From Cyanophora paradoxa CCMP329 (lineage: Eukaryota; Plantae; Glaucophyta): DNA of 64,000 nucleotides. A program made the translations under genes and the position numbers. Positions within the stretch are counted from its first letter, which is position 1, and each line of letters begins with the position of its first letter. The stretch covers positions 93,917 to 157,916 of the forward strand of contig QPMI01000612.1 of the NCBI GenBank assembly GCA_004431415.1, written 5' to 3'. This document shows positions 1-9,990 of this stretch, piece by piece. The notes below the pieces were generated by a model. The model was given only the letters and a program-made list of their open reading frames with translations. It searched no databases and was not told the DNA's origin.

Positions 1-454
1 TGGGATACGAGTTCGTCCGGCAAGCGCTCGAGGCGTGTACCCCCTCTCCGGCATCGCGGGTCCCGTACCCCGCCGCCTCACCCAACCCCCACTACAGGAC
101 CACCCCGCCTTCCCTGACGTTGGGAGCGTTCCCACGGTGGGAGCGCCGCTTCGCCCTTCCCGCGAGCAACGGCTCACGGGGCGGGCGGGCGGTGGCGGCG
201 GCAGCTGATCATCCACGGGCGGCAAGACGAGGTGGTGCCGATCGAATCGAGCCGCCAGTACGCCGCAGCGCGGCCAGCCACCGTCCGCCTTCTCGAGGCG
301 CGCGCCGCCCCTCCCGCTCCCTTCCCGGCGCCCCGCGGCCGCTGATCATGGGCCCTTGCAGGTGGACGACGAGCACGGGATGGTGCGGCCCGAGACGATG
401 GAGCTCCTCACGCGCGAGATCGCCGCGTTCTTCGCGCTCCCCGCCGCCCCCTAG
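1..454 (+). CDS. 3' end of alpha/beta hydrolase (YqiA/YcfP-like esterase), partial
   Basis: Spliced reading GYEFVRQALE|DHPAFPDVGSVPT|LIIHGRQDEVVPIESSRQYAAARPATVRLLE|VDDEHGMVRPETMELLTREIAAFFALPAAP*. HGxxDxVVP and catalytic-His motifs present. Three short introns, two of them GC-AG. Confidence 0.75.
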
Positions 455-1381
455 CCCCGCCCCCGGCCGCTCCGAGGCCCGCTTCCGAGTTCGCTAGCTG
501 AAATCGACATTGCTAAATTCGACAATTGAAAGCTATATATTGCTACCACAAATCACGCTCATGATCACGGTCAGACGATCTCCGGTCCCTACGTACATAC
601 CGTAGTACGTATACCGTAGTATTGTAACATGAACAAGGACTGAAAGAAATGCCGGATGCACTACTACTGCAAGTAACTTAGTACAGTAACGAGTTCAACG
701 ATTTGCATTAGCACATCCATACAACAATGAAGTCGTAACGTCGACCATACCCTCACTGAAAACAGTATCCAGGAAGAGAATATGAGGACTCTCGCGTGCT
801 GTGCCTAAACACTACTACTGCATTTCTACTTTTCCTGTGACGTCTACTTTGCTGCATTTCTAAGTCCTACGGAAGCCTAATTATATTTCCGAAGATCCTA
901 ATCCCTGCTGGCAATGCCCTATAGCTACTCCATCCTCGTAGCATGCCGCAAATAGATAAAGAAAAGGTGTGAAAGAGAAAGGTTGCTGGCCAGCCCCTGT
1001 ATAGTGGGCTACTGGCTCCCGCTCCACTGTTTGCGTCCTCCTCGTGTTGTTGTCCCCGCCGTGCCCCCCAAGCCCCCCCCAGAAAGCACCCCCTCTCAAC
1101 GTTTAACGTGGTCTGGTCCTTGCTGTCCCCACGCCCCATGCATACTCTTAGTACAGTAACGAGAGTCACTGAGTGTACATGTACTTCGCTGTGATCCGAT
1201 GATCTGCCCTAATCGATTTCGGACTGTCCGAAGTTTTCGTTCTGCGCGTCGGAACAGAGGCAGAAAACTTTTTCTGCTCTCCGTTCCGTCCGCCAGAACG
1301 GACCCCCCCTTCCACCTGTGCATGTTCAAAAATCAATCATTGAATGCAACGTTAACAAGCACTGATGGTCATGACCATGAG

Positions 1382-1951
1382 CTAGCAGCTGCAGCCGTGG
1401 CTCAAGAAGCGCGCCTCTTCCGCCTCCTTCGCGTTGCGGAAGCGCCGAATGCCCTCCCGGAAGGGCTCGTGGGGGTTGAAATCGACCCGGAGGGCGTCGC
1501 AAGTCGCCGCATGGTGGCACGAACCACCGCGCGTGACGTAGCGGCCCTTGTAGTCCCTCGAGTACGGCTCTTTGACGCGGGGGGTGCCCTTGTGAACGGG
1601 CAACTTGATGTCCGACGCCTCTCCGGCTTTGCAGCCGAGGCATGCTTCGAAATCGGCGCGGCGCGCGTCCCGCAGGCTGGCGAAGCGCCACAGGCCCTCC
1701 CGCAGCGGCCGGTCTACGTCGCCGTTGACGTGCAGGGCGTAGCAGCCCGCGCGGTGGTACTTCTCCCCAATGTCGCCGGTCACGTACCGCCCCACCACGT
1801 CGTCTGGTACGGTCGTAATATTGACGACAGGCTCCCCCCCGTGCTCCTGCGCCCGGGACGCTTTTATGTTCAACGGTTGGCAAAATTCGAAAGCGGCCAA
1901 TGCGCCGACTAGATTGAGACCTATAGCTGGGGTAGTGCCAATTGAAATCAT
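1382..1951 (-). CDS. C-terminal part of a protein with two tandem Ada-type Zn-binding-like domains (gene disrupted by insertion)
   Basis: Internal repeat GRYVT..KYHRAGC..RFASLRDARRADFEACLGC / GRYVT..HHAATC..RFRNAKEAEEARF..GCSC resembles the Ada metal-binding motif (YH..C...F....A...G..PC..C). Confidence 0.5.
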   Translation of the reverse strand: MISIGTTPAIGLNLVGALAAFEFCQPLNIKASRAQEHGGEPVVNITTVPDDVVGRYVTGDIGEKYHRAGCYALHVNGDVDRPLREGLWRFASLRDARRADFEACLGCKAGEASDIKLPVHKGTPRVKEPYSRDYKGRYVTRGGSCHHAATCDALRVDFNPHEPFREGIRRFRNAKEAEEARFLSHGCSC

Positions 1952-2634
1952 CTAATCGTAACGCACCTGGATAATGCAGTTTCTGATGTCAGCGGCGCTA
2001 AGCGGGCTTCCTGTACACAGAAAGCATTAATAAAGGATGCGGAACGGCAGCTGCCACACGACTTCGGGGAACGCACGAGGAGGCGTGCTCGCAGCCTGAG
2101 TTGGCGGCGCCGGCAGGCTCGGAGGGAGAGCGATGGATATGTTCGGGACCAGCTGCGGCTTCGCATTTGACGGCTCCGGCTGCAGCTGCGCATAACACGC
2201 GCACGGAGGCGACCTCGGGACCTCGAGATCTTCGCCGGGCTCGCGCTTCACTGTATGCGCAGCTGAGCGTGCTCGAGCTCGAGCTCCCAGCTCGACTTCG
2301 TCGGGCTCGCGCTTTACGTTTACCGCAGCTGCAGCTGCAGCTGCGCGCGGCGCGTTCAAGGACCCGAGATTTAATATTCCGGCCGCTGGAGCACGCACGT
2401 GCAGGCGGCAGATGCAGGTCCGCGGTCGGTCGCGATGCATATGTAAACGTCGTCTCGAGCTCGAGCTCGACGACTGCTTCTGCAGCTGCAGCTGCAGGCG
2501 GCGCCGGCTGCAGAGGCGCTTCATCGACGACGCGCTCGAGTTTTACTACTGCTTCCAGGCGCGGGCCAAGGTTGCGGCAAACACGTCGCTGCACGCGGGT
2601 TAGGCGCGCGCCTTAAGCTTAAAGCTTTTTTAAG
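1751..2634. repeat. 884-bp direct repeat, copy 1 (putative giant target-site duplication)
   Basis: Matches 5392-6275 at a constant offset of 3641. ORFs lying wholly within the repeat translate identically in both copies. Confidence 0.95.
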
Positions 2635-5391
2635 TTTTTTTTTTTTTTCAGTAATCCCTAGTGTATTAGGGGACTGGTGCCCCAAGTTGACAAACAGCTA
2701 ATGCTATCTGCCTACCCTAGGCCTAAGCCTACAAACACACGACAAGTCTAGCTTACCTCCCCCCTATTGGGTCTCCAGCTAGACTAACCCCGAGGGAATC
2801 TCCCTACTGCGAGCCCTACCCCCTAAGGCCACTCTTGCGGCCCTCGGTGGGGCCTCCCCCAGCGGCCGCGCGAGCGCGGCCATTGGGGGGGTGGGGTTGG
2901 GGGTGGGGAGCTGGGGCCGGAGAGTTTATTGGGGCAGGGCCCCGGAGGATTTATTGCGCACCGCCTCTGCGGTGCGAGCGCCGCCGGGCGCGGGGCCCCC
3001 GGGGGAGGGGTTGGGGCCCCCCATCCGGCGGCGGGTCCCGCCCTGCAGGCTGCCAGCGGCGTGGCAGCCTGCACCTGCGCGGGCGGGACCGGACCTGGCG
3101 CGGGCAGGCAGGCCACGCCCGAGGGGCCTGCTCTCCTCCAGGAGTGGGCCTCTCAAGCGCGAGCGTGGCGTCAGCCCGGCGCGCGCGGGCAGGGAGTGCA
3201 CACTTTGGGCTCAGGGTCTGTAGCCCAGCGGGGAGAGGCCGAAGATGAGGAGGGACTGGATGAGGTCGCCGCGGTGGAGCAGGGGGTGGTACCTTGGGGG
3301 CAGAGAAGGGGTACGGGGCTCGGTGGAGGCGGCGGTGACGGCCCAGGGGGTGTAGGCAGAGGGGACATCGGTCTGGGGCGGGAGTGCCTCGGGGTGGAGC
3401 TGGCGCGCGCGGGCGGAAAACTCGAATGGGGGCGGTGGTGCGGGGACCGAGGGCGGTGCCGGCGGTGGTGGGGGGGCCCGGCGGCGGGGGGCGCGGGGCT
3501 GGCGGGGCGGGGGCCGGTCTTGCGGTTCGACGGGTGACGGCGGTGTGGGGGGGTCAGAGAGGCTCGCCGAGGCGGGGGAGTCCGGGGGGGGGCGGTCCTG
3601 TGGATCAGGGGCTGGGACAGCCGGACCTGCACGTCGGGCTCCGCGGTCTCCACGTGCAAGAAGATTGTTGCGGGCGGAGGTGAAGCCGGCCGAGTCACGG
3701 AGGGCGGCCAGCTCACGCTCGCGGCGCGTGAGGCGGCGGGGTAGCGGGGCTGGGCTGCGGGGAGGGGAGGAGGCTGGGGGTGTGGGGGGAGGGGCTGGGG
3801 GGAAGGGGGGGGAGACGGGCCGGGGACGGTGGAGGGCCGGTCGGGCGGGCGAGGGGAGGGGGCCGGGGTGGCGGAGGGTCCGCTGGGGCGGGGGCGGCGG
3901 GGAGTCCGGAGGGGGAGGGGGCAGTTGCGAGTCGGGCCGGGGGAACGGGGGAGAGACCGACCGCGGACCGGAAGTAGGATTGGAGGGGGCGCATCGCCAC
4001 GGTCGTCCCTCTGCCGCGACCTTTGCCGCGGCCCTTGCCGGGTCGAGCTGTGCCGGCACCTAGTCGGGAGGAAGGGCCTGTCGCCTCCGGTCGGCCTGTC
4101 GGAGGTGGGCGAGGCGAGGCGGGGGGCGGGGCGGGGCGTGGGGGGCGGGGGGTCCGGGGCTCGCGGCGGCGGGGTGGAGCCGGAGCCGGAGGGGGCTGGG
4201 GCGGACCTCTGGGGCCGGGTCCGGGTGCTGGGGGCCGTTGGCTTGTGGCTAGGATTCGGGTGAGGATGAGGCTGTGCCAGTGGGCGCAGCACCGGCTGCT
4301 GCCATCGAAGGGCGAGTTGGGGTCCGTGAGCGCGTCTTCTTGGCCCCGGACCAGGGCGTCTGCCAGGGCACAGACAATTACACCGCAGCTGAAGCGGTCC
4401 CGTTGTTCGGGGATGGGGTACCTGGTGGCCGATGCAAGCGGCCAGGCGGTGGGGTCGTCTGAGGGAAGGTTGCGTTCCCGGCGCTCGAGCTGGAGCCAGC
4501 GGAGAATCGGGGCCAGCTTCTCTCGAGCCGACTCTGCGTTTGGCAGGTTGTAGGCATCATAGAGTTCGGCTCGACGGTCACGTACGTGGATCGCAGCGAA
4601 GGTCCAGTGGCCCGGTGAGTGGATCGGGAAGAGCAGAACATCGAAGTCGAACGGGCTGACCCCGCGGGCTACCAGCTTGTTGTGAAGGCGCTGGGGCCTC
4701 GGCCTGGCGCGGAGAGGTTAGGGTACTCAAGCGAGTCAAAGATTAGTGGACGGCGGGCCAGGGCAGGGAGTTGGGCGAGGAGGGCGAGGTAGAAGACAAC
4801 GGTCTCGTCGTCTAACCAGGTCTCACCATTGAGCCGACTGAGAGATCTCCTCGTGACGTTGATGCTGCCCGAGGTACCGAGCAGCGGCGAGGAGATCTGT
4901 CGGAGTACTTCCTGCGCAGGCTTTAGCGGGCCGGGTCGGGTCTGTGCCCACGCTAGGCGGACCTCTTCGGACGGCGGCAGGGGGGGCCACGGGCTGGGCT
5001 GCGGGCGGGTCGGGGCCGCGGGCAAGGGTGAGTGCCGGGGCTCCGGCGGGTGAGGCGCTGGGGGGCTCAGGGGGGGTGGAGGGTTAAGCTGGGGGGCTGA
5101 GCTCACGGGAGGGGCGTCCGATCGCGAGGTTGCTTTGGGGTTCGTGGGCGGGCTGTGCGGGCTGTCTGCGGCGACATTCATCAGGTCATGGGCGTCGGGC
5201 GGGGAGGGCGGGCAAGCTGGACGGTCTGTGCTCGACCGGCCTACTGCTGAGTGCGCATCGCGCGCTGGCGCTGCCGTCGGCTGGAGACGGGCGCGTTCCG
5301 GTACGCTTGGGGGTACCGGAATACTACTGACCGGCACTACGGGTGCGGGCTGCGGGTTCGGGTCCGGCTGGGGGCGTGTCTCCCGGGCGCG
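2635..5391 (-). mobile_element. Poly(A)-tailed, non-autonomous or truncated retrotransposed element carrying a Ulp1/C48 protease remnant
   Basis: T14 run at 2635-2648 (poly-A on the minus strand) begins exactly at the end of repeat copy 1. Pro-rich body with protease motifs. No RT or endonuclease seen. Confidence 0.7.
4250..4970 (-). pseudogene. Ulp1/SENP-family (peptidase C48) SUMO protease domain, frameshifted
   Basis: INVTRRSLSRLNGETWLDDETVVFYL..LIFDS, then a frameshift near 4690-4720, then SPFDFDVLLFPIHSPGHWTFAAI..ELYDAY..IPEQRDRFSCGVIVC. His, Asp, Gln and Cys catalytic residues are all present. Confidence 0.8.
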
Positions 5392-6275
5392 GCGGTGGTA
5401 CTTCTCCCCAATGTCGCCGGTCACGTACCGCCCCACCACGTCGTCTGGTACGGTCGTAATATTGACGACAGGCTCCCCCCCGTGCTCCTGCGCCCGGGAC
5501 GCTTTTATGTTCAACGGTTGGCAAAATTCGAAAGCGGCCAATGCGCCGACTAGATTGAGACCTATAGCTGGGGTAGTGCCAATTGAAATCATCTAATCGT
5601 AACGCACCTGGATAATGCAGTTTCTGATGTCAGCGGCGCTAAGCGGGCTTCCTGTACACAGAAAGCATTAATAAAGGATGCGGAACGGCAGCTGCCACAC
5701 GACTTCGGGGAACGCACGAGGAGGCGTGCTCGCAGCCTGAGTTGGCGGCGCCGGCAGGCTCGGAGGGAGAGCGATGGATATGTTCGGGACCAGCTGCGGC
5801 TTCGCATTTGACGGCTCCGGCTGCAGCTGCGCATAACACGCGCACGGAGGCGACCTCGGGACCTCGAGATCTTCGCCGGGCTCGCGCTTCACTGTATGCG
5901 CAGCTGAGCGTGCTCGAGCTCGAGCTCCCAGCTCGACTTCGTCGGGCTCGCGCTTTACGTTTACCGCAGCTGCAGCTGCAGCTGCGCGCGGCGCGTTCAA
6001 GGACCCGAGATTTAATATTCCGGCCGCTGGAGCACGCACGTGCAGGCGGCAGATGCAGGTCCGCGGTCGGTCGCGATGCATATGTAAACGTCGTCTCGAG
6101 CTCGAGCTCGACGACTGCTTCTGCAGCTGCAGCTGCAGGCGGCGCCGGCTGCAGAGGCGCTTCATCGACGACGCGCTCGAGTTTTACTACTGCTTCCAGG
6201 CGCGGGCCAAGGTTGCGGCAAACACGTCGCTGCACGCGGGTTAGGCGCGCGCCTTAAGCTTAAAGCTTTTTTAAG
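5392..6275. repeat. 884-bp direct repeat, copy 2
   Basis: Same sequence as 1751-2634. Ends at ...TTTTTTAAG|CTTG. Confidence 0.95.
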
Positions 6276-6681
6276 CTTGCAATTAACGAGAGCGTCCGCG
6301 GCGGCGCACGCTTGAAGGTTGCTCAATCGGGCACTTTTCCTGTTCAAGGCCCCGCTTCTTCCTCGCCGCCGCGCGCGTGAGCGGAGGATCGACATTCTGA
6401 ACCGCGGCCGGCGCCGATTTCTGCGCGAAACAGCGCTTGCGCGCGCCTCGAGCATCACGAGCGGGGCTTCGAGGCACTGACCGGAGATGCACTGCTCGAC
6501 CCTCGTTCGTCGTTTTCCTGCTTCATGGTTCGCTGACTGTACGAGGGTCAGCTCGCACTTGAGCTTGGGGGAGGAGCGCCCCGGCGCCTCGCAATTTTTT
6601 TAATCTAAGATTTTTCTAAATAAAAATGCTAAAATACTTGTTAAGAAAATCATTACAAGTTGTGAAGGTAAAGGAATTAAC

Positions 6682-6753
6682 CCGATACCGTGACTTGTAT
6701 CCTCGTTGTGTACTACGAGTGGGCACGCCCACCGTAGATCTTTAAAAAAAAAA
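6682..6753 (+). mobile_element. Tiny 5'-truncated poly(A) retro-insertion with 12-bp TSD
   Basis: AAAGGAATTAAC at 6670-6681 and 6754-6765 flanks ~60 nt that ends in the hairpin CTACG-A-GTGGGC-AC-GCCCAC-CGTAG and an A-run. Confidence 0.65.
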
Positions 6754-7204
6754 AAAGGAATTAACGAATACATTATTAAATATGATTTCCAATGCTCCCA
6801 AGATTTTGAACAAGATCCGTGCTCCTGCGGAGCACTAAGTACGGCGAAGCCTCGCGGACGCCCTCGCGGCTGTCACAGTAGGCCTATAGGGCACTGGCCA
6901 GCGGCCTGGCCGATCGCGAACAGCTTTCTGGTTGGAAGCTGGCCGGCTGACGGCCAGTCCAGCTACCGCTGGCCGGCTAGAGGAATATAACTAGAGGAAT
7001 ATTAATGTACTGAGGAAATAAAGGGAGGCCGGAGCAGGTTGAGATTAGAGGAGATGAATTATATATAATATTGTTGAGAGGGAGGCCCGGGAGGGGCAAG
7101 GTTCTCGCGGCCAGGCGCATGCACAGAGCTTGCGAATCGCTTAAACAGAATCTTGAATGCATATAGCTATAGCATCGATGTGCGGGGCTGCGGAGCTCGA
7201 GGCG

Positions 7205-9578
7205 AGGGCGCGCGGAAAGATGTGCAGGTCCATGCAGGATCGAATTTTCGGGGTCGGCTGGGTCCTCGCGGCCCGTCGCATACGCAAAGCGTGCGGAAGA
7301 CTTTGCCTACATCTTAAATGCTTATGCTATCGTTCCGCGCATGCGCCGCGGCGTGGGCGCGCGGAAAGATGTCAGGGCGCGTGCAGGATCGAATTTTGGC
7401 CGTCGGGTACCTTCCTGCGCTGTTCCGGCTCCGAAAAGCGGATTTCGGGGGTGCGCAGGCCCTGCTATGTCCATGCGCGCCAGTACGCATCGATTGCGCG
7501 CGTCGCGGACCGGGCGGGACCGGCTAGCGCTGGATCAAATTTTCGGCCGACTCTTCGCACTGGAGCGTCGACGGCGCTTGAAATCGAGCTTGCGGCGATG
7601 CGCTCGCCCTCGCGCGGCATTCTGTATCGTTCTGGGGCGTCCCTGGCGCGATTTCGTCGCGGGACCGGCGGGACCGGGTCCCACCTTCTGACTCGGACTG
7701 CATTTGTCGGAGGTTAAGTACCGGAATTGATCCAGAGGGAAATTCGATTTTCGCGCGACGCCCACGGGCGAGCGGTCGTCTTAGGGGAGCCACGACGCTA
7801 AAAATGGATCTAGAGAGGTCTGTGGGGGTTAGGGTAGCTGAGTCATTAGCGGCAATCGCGTCCGTGTCGAGGCAGAATTAATAATTCGTCCTCGAGGGAG
7901 TGCGACGCGGAAATTATTTAGCAGGGGGGATCTTGAGTGGAAAAAAAGGTTAAAAAAGGAATTTATCAGGTCCATGCAGGATCGAATTTTCGGGGTCGGC
8001 TGGGTCCTCGCGGCCCGTCGCATACGCAAAGCGTGCGGAAGACTTTGCCTACATCTTAAATGCTTATGCTATCGTTCCGCGCATGCGCCGCGGCGTTCTG
8101 GGGCGAAGTTCTGGGGCGTCCCTGGCGCGATTTCGTCGCGGGACCGGGCGGGACCGGGTCCCACCTTCGGACTCGGACTGCATTTGTCGGAGGTTAAGTA
8201 CCGGAATTGATCCAGAGGGAAATTCGATTTTCGCGGGATGCCTACGGGGGAGCGGTCGTCTTAGGGGAGCCAGGACGCTAAAAATGGATCTAGAGGGGTC
8301 TGTGGGGGTTCGGGCAGCTGTGTAATGTCCATCAATCGCGTCCGTGTCGAGGCAGAATTAATAATTCTGCCTCGAGGGAGTGCGATACGGAAATTATTTA
8401 GTAGGGGAGATCTCGAGTTGAAAAAAAGGTTAAAAAAGGAATTTCGCTCGGCGGTTTTTGGGTTGTGGGCGCGCGGAAAGATGTCAGGGCGCGTGCAGGA
8501 TCGAATTTTGGCCGTCGGGTACCTTCCTGCGCTGTTCCGGCTCCGAAAAGCGGATTTCGGGGGTGCGCAGGCCCTGCTATGTCCATGCGCGCCAGTACGC
8601 ATCGATTGCGCGCGTCGCGGGACCGGGCGGGACCGGCTAGCGCTGGATCAAATTTTCGGCCGACTCTTCGCACTGGAGCGTCGACGGCGCTTGAAATCGA
8701 GCTTGCGGCGATGCGCTCGCCCTCGCGCGGCATTCTGTATCGTTCTGGGGCGTCCCTGGCGCGATTTCGTCGCGGGACCGGGCGGGACCGGGTCCCACCT
8801 TCTGACTCGGACTGCATTTGTCGGAGGTTAAGTACCGGAATTGATCCAGAGGGAAATTCGATTTTCGCGCGACGCCCACGGGCGAGCGGTCGTCTTAGGG
8901 GAGCCACGACGCTAAAAATGGATCTAGAGAGGTCTGTGGGGGTTAGGGTAGCTGAGTCATTAGCGGCAATCGCGTCCGTGTCGAGGCAGAATTAATAATT
9001 CGTCCTCGAGGGAGTGCGACGCGGAAATTATTTAGCAGGGGGGATCTTGAGTGGAAAAAAAGGTTAAAAAAGGAATTTATCAGGTCCATGCAGGATCGAA
9101 TTTTCGGGGTCGGCTGGGTCCTCGCGGCCCGTCGCATACGCAAAGCGTGCGGAAGACTTTGCCTACATCTTAAATGCTTATGCTATCGTTCCGCGCATGC
9201 GCCGCGGCGTTCTGGGGCGAAGTTCTGGGGCGTCCCTGGCGCGATTTCGTCGCGGGACCGGGCGGGACCGGGTCCCACCTTCGGACTCGGACTGCATTTG
9301 TCGGAGGTTAAGTACCGGAATTGATCCAGAGGGAAATTCGATTTTCGCGGGATGCCTACGGGGGAGCGGTCGTCTTAGGGGAGCCAGGACGCTAAAAATG
9401 GATCTAGAGGGGTCTGTGGGGGTTCGGGCAGCTGTGTAATGTCCATCAATCGCGTCCGTGTCGAGGCAGAATTAATAATTCTGCCTCGAGGGAGTGCGAT
9501 ACGGAAATTATTTAGTAGGGGAGATCTCGAGTTGAAAAAAAGGTTAAAAAAGGAATTTCGCTCGGCGGTTTTTGGGTT
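7205..9578. repeat. Higher-order tandem repeat, period ~1114 bp, built from two related subunits
   Basis: Identical ORFs at offset 1114 (7829/8943, 7974/9088, 8083/9197). A shared ~335-bp block occurs four times (~7630, ~8110, ~8744, ~9224) in two alternating variants. Confidence 0.95.
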
Positions 9579-9990
9579 TGAGAAAGAGGCTTCGCCTGAT
9601 GTAATAATAAACCAATTATTCACGATTGTTCTAGATCTTGCACATCGATAACACTGGCATACTAGCCGCGGACTACGCAGGCTAGAAGCGGCGGTGCTAC
9701 CTACGGGGGCGAGAAGCCGCGGACGACGCAGGCAGGGCCCTCTGAAGGGGGGCGCGCAACTTCCCCCTGGGGTTCCTACAAACTACGACGGGGACGAGGG
9801 GGGGCTAGAGGGGCCTGCGGGCAACGAGCCCGAAGGGCCTGCAGCCGGGGCAGCGGGTGCCGCCGGGGCAGCCGGTGCAGGAGAGGGGGGCGGCCCCAGC
9901 GGGGCGAGCCGCACGGGCTTCATCCTCCGCCCCGCGTCCACGCCGGAGAAGAAGCGCAGCGCGATGTTCCTGCGGAAAGAAGCACATTAG
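9439..9990 (+). pseudogene. Unknown ORF interrupted by one in-frame TAA
   Basis: ORFs 9439-9651 and 9694-9990 are in the same frame and separated by a single stop (LAHR*HWHTSRGLRRLEAAV). No family recognised. Confidence 0.3.

Noticed and set aside
690-800. Penelope-like RT remnant (ILFLDT) on the minus strand
   Set aside because: Short chance-level motif surrounded by stops.
677-1163. 17-bp direct repeat CTTAGTACAGTAACGAG as a TSD
   Set aside because: The repeat is real but the enclosed 450 bp has no tail, TIR or coding signal.
2823-4292. Long Pro/Gly/Arg-rich ORFs as genes
   Set aside because: Expected in extremely GC-skewed element sequence. Likewise, antisense ORFs over USP7 and dynein are shadows of GC-rich codons.
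1751-6275. LTR retrotransposon with 884-bp LTRs
   Set aside because: No TG...CA ends, PBS or gag/pol. The repeat is continuous with flanking host sequence and poly(T) lies immediately inside.
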